In this document: positions 40,334-50,000 of the stretch, piece after piece
Layout: every line of letters starts with the position of its first letter
How positions within the stretch are numbered: the stretch's first letter is position 1
DNA from: Sedimentisphaerales bacterium
Lineage (GTDB): Bacteria; Planctomycetota; Phycisphaerae; Sedimentisphaerales; SM23-30
Length of the DNA: 64,000 nt
NCBI GenBank assembly: GCA_963663965.2
Contig: CAXXFK010000007.1
Span: 32,001 to 96,000, forward strand
Direction: 5' to 3'
Notes under the pieces: generated by a model
Told to the model about the DNA's origin: nothing
The model's input: only the letters and a program-made list of their open reading frames with translations
Databases searched by the model: none
Made by a program: the position numbers and the translations under genes

Positions 40334-42211
40334 GTGAAGTTTCGACCGAATGCGGAAATGTTGGATGATTATCCCGGAGCCATCATGATCGTTGCGATAA
40401 TTCTGATGGGGCTGACATCAATCGCCATGGCCATCGAGGGTCTGGGTAATGAAGAGAATCCCTATTTGATTAAGAATTTGAGTGATTTTTATACCTTTGT
40501 AGACTCAAGCAATATGACAACCTTTTGGAAAGCGGGTGTTTTTATCCGTTTAGATGTCGATATTGATCTCGAAGACAAAGTTTTTGACAAAGCGCTTATT
40601 GCTCCGGATCAAAGTTCCGATTCCGGATATCAGGGTTATGGCTTCAGCGGCGATTTTGATGGGAATGGCCATCGTATTATCAAAGTGACTATTCAAACCG
40701 GCGAGACAAGCTCTGATGACTGTCTGGGCGTGTGGGGCCAGATTAATGCGGCCGGCGTTGTTCACGATCTGGCGATTCAGACGATCAATATTGCCGGCAG
40801 TAATAACAGTAGTTTTGTGGGCGGTTTGTGTGGTATTAATCTCGGTGTGGTCGAGCGTTGTTGTGTGGCAGGAGACGCAGTTCGCGGCCTGGCTTCTATA
40901 GGCGGGATCTGCGGCAAGAATTCCGGGACAATTACCGATTGCTACACCCATAGTGACGTGGAAGGCCTGGCAAGCAGTAATTATCTGGGCGGATGTTGTG
41001 GTACCAACTGGTATGGTGGTGTTATCGAGAACTGCTACTGTACCGGCCTGATCAGCGGAAATGGATTTCGCGGCGGTTTCTGTGGTTACAACCTGGGATC
41101 CATCGTGACCTGTTTCTGGGACAAAGAATCATCGGAAATGACCATGGGGGTTGGTAAAACCCAGGGGGGCACATCGACAATTTCGGGCCTGACTTGTGAA
41201 GAGATGGCCGAGATGGAGCATTTTAAAACCGCCGGCTGGGATTTTGAGGGCAGTCCGCCAGTGTGGATCGAGGGAGATTATGGACCGCAATTGTTCTGGC
41301 AGGTGGATGCAGAAGATCTGATATGGGAAGGCGATCTGGAACTGGTATTGGAACAAGGTGAAACGCGGCTGCTTAAAATAACGCTTACGAATCAGGCGGT
41401 TAGTGAGATTGTCTGGTTGCTCAGTAATTATAAGGGATGTCCCTGGATCCGGGCCATCAATCCGCTGGGTGGCACGCTGGCCGCTCAGGCTTCGACCGAT
41501 GTGTGGATTACGATAGACAGCGCCGATCTTGAGCGGGGTGAGTATCAACGCACGCTTTATTTGAATTTTAATGGCCAGTCTGTTCCATTGGATACGCTGC
41601 TTACGATAGATAATCGGATCGATCTGGAAGAATTGGGCGACCTGTCCCGCTTCTGGCTCGAAGATGATTGTGTTAACACCAGCGATTGTGCCGCGATTGA
41701 CTGGCACAAAGACGGTAAGATTAACCTGATCGATTTGATTTTGCTGACAGGCAGCTGGCTGGAAGCCAGACCGGTATTTCGTTTGTTTGATGCTTTTGAG
41801 AGTAATAATTTATATTTGCTGAACTGGATAACTGCCAGTGATGGGACCGGGTGGTTTGCAACCGATGAAGGCGCCTGGCGTGGCAATTATTGTGCCCGAT
41901 CTGGCCTGATCGAAGACGGCAAATCCAGCCGCTTATCATTAACGCTCGACCTGACCGGCGTTGAAGTTAATGCGGTTGGTTTTGCCCGGCGAGTGTCGTC
42001 TGAGCCGGATTATGACTGGCTACGGTTTTATATAGACGATTCTTTAATTGAGCAATGGTCGGGCTTGCAGGAGTGGAAATATGTCACCTATCCTGTCACG
42101 CCGGGCGTTCGTGAATTTAAATGGGAGTATGTTAAGGACGAAGCCTTTCAAGGCTATGATGATGCTGCCTGGATTGACGATTTCGAGCTGTACCTGGCGA
42201 CAGAAGAGTAA
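40334..42211 (+). CDS. Secreted GLUG-motif beta-solenoid protein with Ig-like, dockerin-like and C-terminal jelly-roll domains
   Basis: GxGxxxNPY, FSGDFDGNGH, repeated VGGLCGxNxG, DWHKDGKINLIDL, and SSEPDYDWLRFYID. Confidence 0.78.
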   Translation: MKFRPNAEMLDDYPGAIMIVAIILMGLTSIAMAIEGLGNEENPYLIKNLSDFYTFVDSSNMTTFWKAGVFIRLDVDIDLEDKVFDKALIAPDQSSDSGYQGYGFSGDFDGNGHRIIKVTIQTGETSSDDCLGVWGQINAAGVVHDLAIQTINIAGSNNSSFVGGLCGINLGVVERCCVAGDAVRGLASIGGICGKNSGTITDCYTHSDVEGLASSNYLGGCCGTNWYGGVIENCYCTGLISGNGFRGGFCGYNLGSIVTCFWDKESSEMTMGVGKTQGGTSTISGLTCEEMAEMEHFKTAGWDFEGSPPVWIEGDYGPQLFWQVDAEDLIWEGDLELVLEQGETRLLKITLTNQAVSEIVWLLSNYKGCPWIRAINPLGGTLAAQASTDVWITIDSADLERGEYQRTLYLNFNGQSVPLDTLLTIDNRIDLEELGDLSRFWLEDDCVNTSDCAAIDWHKDGKINLIDLILLTGSWLEARPVFRLFDAFESNNLYLLNWITASDGTGWFATDEGAWRGNYCARSGLIEDGKSSRLSLTLDLTGVEVNAVGFARRVSSEPDYDWLRFYIDDSLIEQWSGLQEWKYVTYPVTPGVREFKWEYVKDEAFQGYDDAAWIDDFELYLATEE

Positions 42212-42280
42212 CATTATCCATCGCAGGAATTTGTTACAAGTAATAATCTCAAACAGCACGGTCTGGGTTCTACTGGTATA

Positions 42281-42370
42281 TTACTTTTCGGCAAGTATTC
42301 CCAGTGTAACGCCGGCAGCAAACAGGAGGGTAAAAAGAATCAGCAGGATGTAAAGGATGGTATCGTGCAT
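42281..42370 (-). CDS. 29-aa single-TM small protein MHDTILYILLILFTLLFAAGVTLGILAEK
   Basis: GGAGGTG RBS just upstream of the ATG and a uniformly hydrophobic core; too short for the ORF track. Confidence 0.55.
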   Translation of the reverse strand: MHDTILYILLILFTLLFAAGVTLGILAEK

Positions 42371-42617
42371 TTGTCACCTCCATAAGCATTGTTGTCAATG
42401 TATTCCGCTAGTATTTATTACGGATTGTCGCGTCGTTTTGTTCGTCGGTACAGATTCTCTCTATAAAAACAGTTTCATTATTCTTTCGTGAAATGCAGGG
42501 ATTGTTTTCGTATGGATTTGAAAAAGCGGGATGGATTGCCTATTATCTTTACATTGAGGCAATGACAGCGAGTTAAATTTGATTTTTGGAACATAACAAT
42601 ATAAGGAGTAATGCTTT

Positions 42618-44900
42618 ATGGTAAAATCAGCCAATCTGGGGTTTCCCCGTATCGGTAAGTTCCGTGAACTGAAAAAGGCGACCGAATCCTTTTGGAAGGG
42701 GGAAATAGACCAGGCGGAATTGGAAAAAAAGGCGCGTGAAATTCGCCGGGAAAACTGGTTGTTACAGCAGGCGGCCGGTATCGATCACATTCCATCGGGA
42801 GATTTTTCCTTTTATGATCTGGTTCTGGATACGACGGCCATGCTGGGCGCGCTCCCGGAACGGTTTAAGTTTTCCGGCGGCAAGGTTGATCTGACCACCT
42901 ATTTTTCGCTGGCTCGCGGCACTGACACCCTGCCCCCTATGGCGATGACAAAATGGTTTGACACCAATTACCATTACATTGTACCGGAATTTGAAAAGGG
43001 AATGGTATTTAAGCTCGCTTCAACTAAGATCGTGGATCAGTATCAGGAAGCGCGGGCGCTTGGAATTGAAACCAGGCCGGTTCTTATCGGGCCGGTGACC
43101 TATTTATTATCCGGCCAGTCAAAGAGTCGTGGCTTGGATCCCCTGGATCTGCTGGATAATATTCTGCCGGTTTATAAAGAGATATTGGGCCAACTGGCTC
43201 AGGCGGGCGCGCAATGGATTCAGATTGATGAGCCGGTACTGGCAACAGAATTAAACAATGAAGAAATCGCGGCAATCGTAAAAACATACACCGAATTAAA
43301 TGTTCCCGCCCTGGGGATGAAGCTTTGCCTGGCGGCCTATTTCGATAGCGTTGAAGATAAGCTGGAAGCCTTGGTTAAGCTGCCCATCAACGCGTTACAC
43401 CTTGACCTGGTGAGAGCGCCGCAACAGCTGGATAAAGTCCTAGCTCTGGCAGGAGATCAATTGATTTTGTCCTTGGGAGTGGTGAATGGGCGAAATGTCT
43501 GGAAGTGCGATTTAAGCCAGGCATTAGCCCCTGTTGAAAAAGCCATTGCGCAACTGGGGGCCGAACGGGTGATGGTTGCCCCTTCGTGTTCGTTGCTACA
43601 TAGCCCGGTCGATCTGGCGGCTGAAGAGAAACTGGAAGCTGAAATCAAAGAGCGCATGGCATTTGCCACACAGAAATTGCATGAAGTGGTTTTATTGCAG
43701 AAAGCGGGCAGTAAGGGCAAAACGGCTGTCGCCGATGCGTTGCAGGAAAATCAAGCGGTCTTTGATCGCGCCCGCGCTTCAACGCGCGTTAATAATCCCA
43801 AGGTGCGCCAGAGGCTGGCAAATTTAACAGAAGCCGACTTTAATCGCCGTAATTCATATCCCGGGCGCCGCAAGGCCCAACAGGCAAGCTTGAAATTGCC
43901 CCTGTTGCCAACAACAACGATCGGGTCCTATCCGCAAGTAACTGAGATACGAAAGGCACGGGCGGATTATAAGAAGGGTCAGATTAACGCAGTGCAATAC
44001 GAAGCGGCCATGAAGCGCCAAATTGAACGCGTCGTGCGTTTTCAGGAACAGGCCGATCTGGATGTATTGGTGCACGGCGAGCCGGAACGCAATGACATGG
44101 TTGAATATTTTGGCGAGCTGCTGGAAGGCGTGGCTTTTACCCAGAATGGCTGGGTGCAGAGTTATGGAACGCGTTGTGTCAAGCCGCCCGTCATCTGGGG
44201 TGATATCAGCCGCCCCAATCCCATGACGCTGGACTGGATTTTATTTGCCCAGTCGCTAACGGAGCGTTATATGAAAGGGATGCTTACCGGTCCGATAACT
44301 ATCTTGCAGTGGTCATTTGTTCGAGAGGATCAACCCCGCAGTGACACGGCTTATCAAATCGCTTTGGCTATTCGTGACGAAGTGTCCGACTTGGAAGCCG
44401 CGGGCATCAAAATTATTCAGATAGACGAACCGGCTTTCCGCGAAGGCGTTCCATTGCGCCGGTCACAATGGCCGGATTATTTTGACTGGGCGGTGAAGGC
44501 GTTCAGGTTGACGGCCAGTTGCGTAAAAGATGATACCCAGATTCATACGCATATGTGTTATTCGGACTTTAATGAGATTATCGCGCCGATTGCCGCCCTG
44601 GATGCCGATGTCATTTCGATGGAGGCGTCCCGTTCGGATATCCGACTGTTGAATGCGTTTGTTGATTACAAATATCCCAACGAAATCGGTCCGGGTGTCT
44701 ATGATATTCACAGCCCGCGAATTCCTTCGGTTGAAGAAATGAAAATCCGTGCTCTAAAGATGGCGGAAGTGATTGATAAAGAACAGCTTTGGATCAATCC
44801 GGACTGTGGCCTGAAAACCCGCGGCTGGCCGGAGATTGAGGCGGCATTAAAGAACATGGTAGTGGCCGCCCGCCAGGTTCGTCAGGAGTTGAGGGCCTGA
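42618..44900 (+). CDS. metE: Cobalamin-independent methionine synthase
   Basis: GFPRIG..RELK, TKWFDTNYHY, HGEPERNDMVEYF, HTHMCYS and NPDCGLKTR motifs. Confidence 0.98.
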   Translation: MVKSANLGFPRIGKFRELKKATESFWKGEIDQAELEKKAREIRRENWLLQQAAGIDHIPSGDFSFYDLVLDTTAMLGALPERFKFSGGKVDLTTYFSLARGTDTLPPMAMTKWFDTNYHYIVPEFEKGMVFKLASTKIVDQYQEARALGIETRPVLIGPVTYLLSGQSKSRGLDPLDLLDNILPVYKEILGQLAQAGAQWIQIDEPVLATELNNEEIAAIVKTYTELNVPALGMKLCLAAYFDSVEDKLEALVKLPINALHLDLVRAPQQLDKVLALAGDQLILSLGVVNGRNVWKCDLSQALAPVEKAIAQLGAERVMVAPSCSLLHSPVDLAAEEKLEAEIKERMAFATQKLHEVVLLQKAGSKGKTAVADALQENQAVFDRARASTRVNNPKVRQRLANLTEADFNRRNSYPGRRKAQQASLKLPLLPTTTIGSYPQVTEIRKARADYKKGQINAVQYEAAMKRQIERVVRFQEQADLDVLVHGEPERNDMVEYFGELLEGVAFTQNGWVQSYGTRCVKPPVIWGDISRPNPMTLDWILFAQSLTERYMKGMLTGPITILQWSFVREDQPRSDTAYQIALAIRDEVSDLEAAGIKIIQIDEPAFREGVPLRRSQWPDYFDWAVKAFRLTASCVKDDTQIHTHMCYSDFNEIIAPIAALDADVISMEASRSDIRLLNAFVDYKYPNEIGPGVYDIHSPRIPSVEEMKIRALKMAEVIDKEQLWINPDCGLKTRGWPEIEAALKNMVVAARQVRQELRA

Positions 44901-44925
44901 AATTCGCGCTTTATAATAACCTTTT

Positions 44926-44962
44926 AAAAAGCCCTGCGGGTTAATGTCTGTGGGGTTTTTTT
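44926..44962 (+). terminator. Rho-independent terminator after metE
   Basis: GCCCTGCGGG/TCTGTGGGGT stem containing G-U pairs, followed by a T-run. Confidence 0.6.
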
Positions 44963-45223
44963 AAAAAACGGATCGGGAGAAATGGGTTGTCACATATCCT
45001 CCCCAGGGTGGCCGGCGGCGGGAAACCACCAGGCACTTATAGGTAACTTCTTAATTAGAAGTAAGATATAAAATCCGATGGAATGCTGACAGAGATGGAG
45101 CGGTGACTCCGGGAAACAGAATTCGTAAAAAATGTTGTTTTAAAAAATTTTTGCGGTTGAAATTTGTTTTAAATATCATATTGCATGGTGTTGTCAGACC
45201 CTATTCAGGTATCAATTTCAAAG

Positions 45224-45754
45224 ATGGATAACAATCAAAATCAAACACGTCAGTTTTTGGGCTTGCTGATTCCGAATCAGAAGCGGATTTATGCGTTTAT
45301 ATTATATTTAGTTCCAAGACATAATGACGCGGAAGATATTCTCCAGGAGACGCTGGCGGAAATGTGGCATAAGTTTGACCAGTTCCAGCCGGGCAGCGAT
45401 TTTGTGGCTTGGGGAGTAACAATCGCCAAATATAAAATATTATCCTGGAAGCAGAAGCAGACCAAGGGCAAATTGGTTTTTAATCCGGAAACCGAAGCGC
45501 TGATAGAATCGGAAACGCCCGAAAATATTAATCAGATGCAGGAACACCTGGTAGCGCTAAAAGATTGTATGGGACGGCTGCCGGCACGCGACAAGGATAT
45601 CATCCGTCAGCGTTATGAAGACAACAAAACCCTGGCGGCAATATCTACGGGATTTGGTATCAGCCTGCAGGCTGTCCATAAAACGATCTGCCGGATACAC
45701 GCCCGCCTGGTGCGCTGTATACGGCTGTCTCTGCAATCGGGAGAGAGAGCATGA
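45224..45754 (+). CDS. ECF sigma-70 factor (PVC-type, FecI-like)
   Basis: DAEDILQE...W.KFDQF..GSDFVAW region 2 and a region 4 HTH; ATGA overlap with the FecR-like gene. The ORF extends to 45185. Confidence 0.9.
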   Translation: MDNNQNQTRQFLGLLIPNQKRIYAFILYLVPRHNDAEDILQETLAEMWHKFDQFQPGSDFVAWGVTIAKYKILSWKQKQTKGKLVFNPETEALIESETPENINQMQEHLVALKDCMGRLPARDKDIIRQRYEDNKTLAAISTGFGISLQAVHKTICRIHARLVRCIRLSLQSGERA

Positions 45755-47415
45755 ACCCTTACGAGTCCCTTTTACGTGAAATGTCTGAATTAGTGCTGTT
45801 GTGTCTGGAGGACAGGATTAATCCCGACCAGATGGCTCACTTGGAAAGCCTGTTGCAAAGCAAGCCTGAGGCCAGGCAAATTTATTTTCAACTGCTTAAT
45901 GTTCATATTGGCATGCAGGACGCCGACAACCTGGTCGGAATGAATGGCCAACAACTTCGAACAACCCGAGTCAATGAATTATTGCATGAATTGAGCCGGG
46001 CCGAAAAAACACTACCGGCGGAGCCGGTGGAACTGCCCAGGCCGCCGGCCATAAATGATTTATCCCGCGATCGGATTCAATTATACCGTTTCGGCCGTAG
46101 AGATTTATCCCGGCTGTTAGTGGGGCTAGCGGCCATCATTGTTATGGCGGCCACCATTATATATTTCGATCGCACTCTTTTCAATGTGCCACAACAAAGG
46201 CCGGTAGTTGCCCGCATCCAGGAAACGATGAATACCGTTTGGCCGGATGGGGTTCATGAACTTCGGCAGGGAGACCCTGTTAAGCCGGGGGTATTAGATT
46301 TCGATGACGGCGCGATTCGTATTTTGTTTAATGATGGCGCCAGTGCGATTGTTCAGGGACCGGCCCGGTTCAGCTGTCGTACGGAGGATGAGATTTATCT
46401 TTATCGCGGCAATGTTTTCGTTTCAGTCCCCCCATCCTCAGTGGGATTTAAGGTTCGCAGCGATCGCTTCAGGGTGGTCGATCTGGGTACGGAATTTGGC
46501 GTGCAAATCAAACCGGACGGCTCCAACAGGATCCAGATGTATCGTGGCAAGGCTTCATTAATTGCCGGCCACAGTGAACATGACATTCTGCGAGGCGGCC
46601 AGGCCCGCAAGGTTGACGGCCAAACGGGCGCCATCGCCTCAGAGATTTATGAGCCCGAGGCTTTTATTCAACATATCGACAGCAAGCGTGGCATTGTATG
46701 GAAAGGCCAGCCGCTTGACCTGGCGGATATTGTCGGGGGTGGCGACGGATGGGGAACCGGCCAATATAGCATGGGTATAGATCTGGAAACAGGGAAGAAA
46801 CGCCTTGATCTTTCCGCGGACAAAACCATGCGCCCCTCCAAACGATTTATATTGACGCCTGATTTTCCTGGGATTGATTGTATTTTTATACCGGGATTCG
46901 ACGATCAACCGGCCCAAATCTCCTCAACCGGTCTGACTTGTGATGTGTTTCCGACAACGAATGGAAGAGTATGGGGCTATCTATTTAACGGCGCCTGGCA
47001 TAAGGGGACCGGGGTGCCCTATCATACTCACAAGCTGGATGGAGTTGATCTCGATTATGATCAATATCATGCCTTGAAGATTCATTCTAATCTGGGTATC
47101 TCCTATGACCTGAAATCGATCCAACTGGCGATGCCGGGGCTGCGTCCGGTTCGACTGCGGGCCCGGGCCGGCCTGTCTGAAACGGCCGCGTATTATACTA
47201 ACAAAATGCCCAGTGCGGTATTCTGGGTGTTGCTGGACGGTGAGGTTCGGCTGCGACGAGCTGTATTAATGAGCGATGGCGGGTTTGATATTGATATTCC
47301 GCTTTTACCAACAACCCGATTTGTATCGTTGGCGGTGACTGATGGAGGAGACGGCAACGCATACGATTGGGCCGTATTTATTAATCCGAATCTGGAATTA
47401 GAATATTGTCAATAG
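45751..47415 (+). CDS. FecR-family anti-sigma factor with a C-terminal NPCBM-like domain
   Basis: One TM segment, VVDLGTEFGV FecR motif, and C-terminal AVTDGGDGNAYDWAVF. Confidence 0.85.
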   Translation: MNPYESLLREMSELVLLCLEDRINPDQMAHLESLLQSKPEARQIYFQLLNVHIGMQDADNLVGMNGQQLRTTRVNELLHELSRAEKTLPAEPVELPRPPAINDLSRDRIQLYRFGRRDLSRLLVGLAAIIVMAATIIYFDRTLFNVPQQRPVVARIQETMNTVWPDGVHELRQGDPVKPGVLDFDDGAIRILFNDGASAIVQGPARFSCRTEDEIYLYRGNVFVSVPPSSVGFKVRSDRFRVVDLGTEFGVQIKPDGSNRIQMYRGKASLIAGHSEHDILRGGQARKVDGQTGAIASEIYEPEAFIQHIDSKRGIVWKGQPLDLADIVGGGDGWGTGQYSMGIDLETGKKRLDLSADKTMRPSKRFILTPDFPGIDCIFIPGFDDQPAQISSTGLTCDVFPTTNGRVWGYLFNGAWHKGTGVPYHTHKLDGVDLDYDQYHALKIHSNLGISYDLKSIQLAMPGLRPVRLRARAGLSETAAYYTNKMPSAVFWVLLDGEVRLRRAVLMSDGGFDIDIPLLPTTRFVSLAVTDGGDGNAYDWAVFINPNLELEYCQ

Positions 47416-47449
47416 TTAGCATGTATAGCGAGTATTTTAATAAACGAAT

Positions 47450-47500
47450 CCATTCCGGGGAAGCCGTGGCCCCGGAATGGCAAGATGGTCACGGCCTTGC
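47450..47500 (+). other. Structured intercistronic RNA element (11-bp hairpin whose loop is complementary to downstream sequence)
   Basis: CCATTCCGGGG/CCCCGGAATGG perfect stem; loop GCCGTGG can pair with TCACGGC (47489-47495); GGAGG RBS starts at 47501. Confidence 0.5.
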
Positions 47501-47512
47501 GGAGGTTTACTA

Positions 47513-49591
47513 ATGAGAAAGTATTTTATTGTGATTTTGATTGTGCTGATGGCAAGTTGGGCCTCGGCAGAAATTATCTGTTATGATGGTTTCAATTATC
47601 CAGATGGCCCTATTAATGGTCAGGCGGGCGGAACCGGTTGGGATTGGGATAATACCCTGAGTACCCACACCAATGCCACATCAATCTGGACGAATGGTCC
47701 GACCATTATGGGTGGCGCATTAGTCACCAGCAATAACAATTCCCGGCGCACGTATGGCGGCGTGGATGATGCCGGCTATCGTTTGGCGGCTTTTCAGGGC
47801 GCCGGCGCGGTTTACTGCGGCGTTAAAATGACGCCCCAGGTCCAGCAAAACTGGCTGGGGGCAAGTACCTATGATTTCACAAATGAGCGCGTCTTTTTTG
47901 GTATGCCAAATACGAACGCGGGACTGGGAAATTTTGGCGTACAAATTAAAGGTGGCGCGACGGTGCGATGTGATATTCCCGTTAATATGGGCCAGGAATA
48001 TTACCTGATCTGCGTGGTCGATTTTGATGGCGATCAAGTGCGGATGTGGATCGACCCTTCCGCGGATGACTGGGATAACGGCGCCGGCGACAACTCCGCA
48101 GATGTTCAAATTGAATATACGGACACGTACTGGAGTACTTCTTTTCGGCTGGCCTCTGGCGGACAAACCCACTGGGACGATATTAAAATTGCCACGGCTT
48201 TTGCGGATTTGGTCCCGAGGGCGGCTTTGCATCCATCGCCTGAAAACGGACAGGAAAACATCCCCCTGAGTGTCACCTTGAGTTGGGATCCCGCCCGCGA
48301 TCAGGAAGATTATTCTCAACCCGATCCAGATATTGTTACGCACAAACTCTATGGCTCTTTCAACAACGAGCCGGGCGATCCTAATTTATATTATGTCGAT
48401 GAGATAACCAATACGGGCGAGCGGGCCTCATTTGGTCCACTAACTCTGGTTCGCGATACGACCTATTACTGGCGGGTTGATGAAGTTCTTAGTGACGCCA
48501 ATATGATAACCGGGACAACCTGGAGTTTTGAGAGCTTGCCATCCAATCCTATTGTCGATTCGTCATTACCGATGGATCAATTGGTATCGGTGGGCGATAC
48601 TGCTCAATTTTCCGCCCAGGGCACCAATCCCTTTGAGGGGCATGAGGATGCCATTGCCTATCGATGGTATGCCGTTTCGAGTGGCGCGCAATTGGCGGAA
48701 GGGGCCAAGTTCCAGGGTGTAGACAGCGCCACGTTGTCAGTACTGGACGTGCAATATGGCGACGAAGACAGTTTCTTCTGTGGCGTGACCAATACCTATG
48801 GCAATAGCGCCACGGTGTTTACGGGGTCTGCCCGATTGATTGTTAAGCGAATGATGCACCATTGGCCGCTGGACGTCGATCCCAATGATATTGTTGGCGA
48901 TTTGGATGGGACACTGGTTGGCGAGCCGGTGCTGGCGGAAGGAATGATTGGTAATGCGTATGAGTTCGCGCCCTTGGAATATATCCAGCTTCCGGTTTTT
49001 GATCGTCCGGATTACTTTACGGTTACCGCCTGGGCCAAAACCGCCGGAGCCAATGACCGGCATATCTGGGCCTGGACAAATGATATCAACGAGACAACCT
49101 ATACCAACCAGCGTGCCATGTTGTTCCGGATTCAAAATGGTTATGTGCAATATGGCGAAAACGGCATCTCGCCGGTAGGCTGGTTATCTGTAACCGGCGC
49201 CGGCGGTTTGAATAATGGCGAATATCAATTCGTTGCGATTACTTATGACAAGGGTGAAGTAAAACTTTATTCCAATGGCTTACAATCCGGATCGGGATCA
49301 ACCGCTGATTCTTTGCCGATGGCGGCCACTCAGCTGTCCATCGGTAACATGGGCGATCGGTCGCCATCCGCGAACACAATTAATGGTTCGATAGACGATG
49401 TACGATTCTTCAATTATGCCCTGGATCGTTATGAGATTGCTGAACTGTATCTTGACGTTGTGGGCGGATCGGTTTGTATGGACGGCTATCCAACCTATGA
49501 TTTTAATCTGGATTGCGTTGTCGATCTGGAAGATATGGCCAGCTTTATCAGTGAATGGCTGTTGGATAATCGGTTTTCCCTTCAGAATTAA
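47513..49591 (+). CDS. Secreted LamG-like/Ig-domain protein with a dockerin-like tail
   Basis: Signal peptide, YYWRVDE FN3-like motif, Ig domain, LamG GSIDDVRFFNYAL, and C-terminal DFNLDCVVDLED. Confidence 0.82.
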   Translation: MRKYFIVILIVLMASWASAEIICYDGFNYPDGPINGQAGGTGWDWDNTLSTHTNATSIWTNGPTIMGGALVTSNNNSRRTYGGVDDAGYRLAAFQGAGAVYCGVKMTPQVQQNWLGASTYDFTNERVFFGMPNTNAGLGNFGVQIKGGATVRCDIPVNMGQEYYLICVVDFDGDQVRMWIDPSADDWDNGAGDNSADVQIEYTDTYWSTSFRLASGGQTHWDDIKIATAFADLVPRAALHPSPENGQENIPLSVTLSWDPARDQEDYSQPDPDIVTHKLYGSFNNEPGDPNLYYVDEITNTGERASFGPLTLVRDTTYYWRVDEVLSDANMITGTTWSFESLPSNPIVDSSLPMDQLVSVGDTAQFSAQGTNPFEGHEDAIAYRWYAVSSGAQLAEGAKFQGVDSATLSVLDVQYGDEDSFFCGVTNTYGNSATVFTGSARLIVKRMMHHWPLDVDPNDIVGDLDGTLVGEPVLAEGMIGNAYEFAPLEYIQLPVFDRPDYFTVTAWAKTAGANDRHIWAWTNDINETTYTNQRAMLFRIQNGYVQYGENGISPVGWLSVTGAGGLNNGEYQFVAITYDKGEVKLYSNGLQSGSGSTADSLPMAATQLSIGNMGDRSPSANTINGSIDDVRFFNYALDRYEIAELYLDVVGGSVCMDGYPTYDFNLDCVVDLEDMASFISEWLLDNRFSLQN

Positions 49592-49623
49592 AACGCCATA
49601 ACTTGTGAACCTTTTTTAATGTT

Positions 49624-49663
49624 GGGGCCCGCCTCATCTTGATTGATGAAGCGGGCCCATTTT
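49624..49663 (+). terminator. Rho-independent terminator
   Basis: GGGCCCGC.TCATC-loop-GATGA.GCGGGCCC followed by ATTTT. Confidence 0.7.
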
Positions 49664-49944
49664 ATTCATGCAGGTTAACGCGGTTGCCGGGCATACCACG
49701 AGGCGGTTTTTTCCTCTTTTTACTTTTTGACACCGATCTATAGAGTGTCAAGCTGGCAGGCAGGCGATTTTAGATTTGGCAGTTTTGGCCGGCATAACCC
49801 TCACTGAATATCCGGAAAATGCTTCGCCGCGCAAAGCACGGTCCAAGGCAAAGCGTTGATAAATCATTAATTTGTAATTAAATATGATTATATTGTTCTT
49901 ATAATTGTCATCGAGCCGAAATCGGATAGACAAGAGTAATGGGA

Positions 49945-49961
49945 TTGGCACATTATTTGCA
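49945..49961 (+). promoter_or_regulatory. Sigma-54 (-24/-12) promoter
   Basis: TTGGCACATTATTTGCA has GG and GC exactly 12 nt apart and lies 40 nt upstream of ATG 50001. Confidence 0.75.
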
Positions 49962-50000
49962 TTTAGTATAGATCAGAATAGCGAATGGCAAAGGCTTGCT

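Noticed and set aside
42371..42617. Cobalamin or SAM riboswitch upstream of metE
   Set aside because: The region is AT-rich with no recognisable B12 box or SAM-I core.
44963..45120. GC-rich patch that might be an ncRNA
   Set aside because: Only 4-5 bp stems (GGTGG/CCACC, GGAG/CTCC) and no recognisable family.
49727..49751. CIRCE element for groESL
   Set aside because: The arms differ from TTAGCACTC/GAGTGCTAA, the spacing is 2 nt short, and it lies about 870 nt from groES; kept only as a candidate enhancer.
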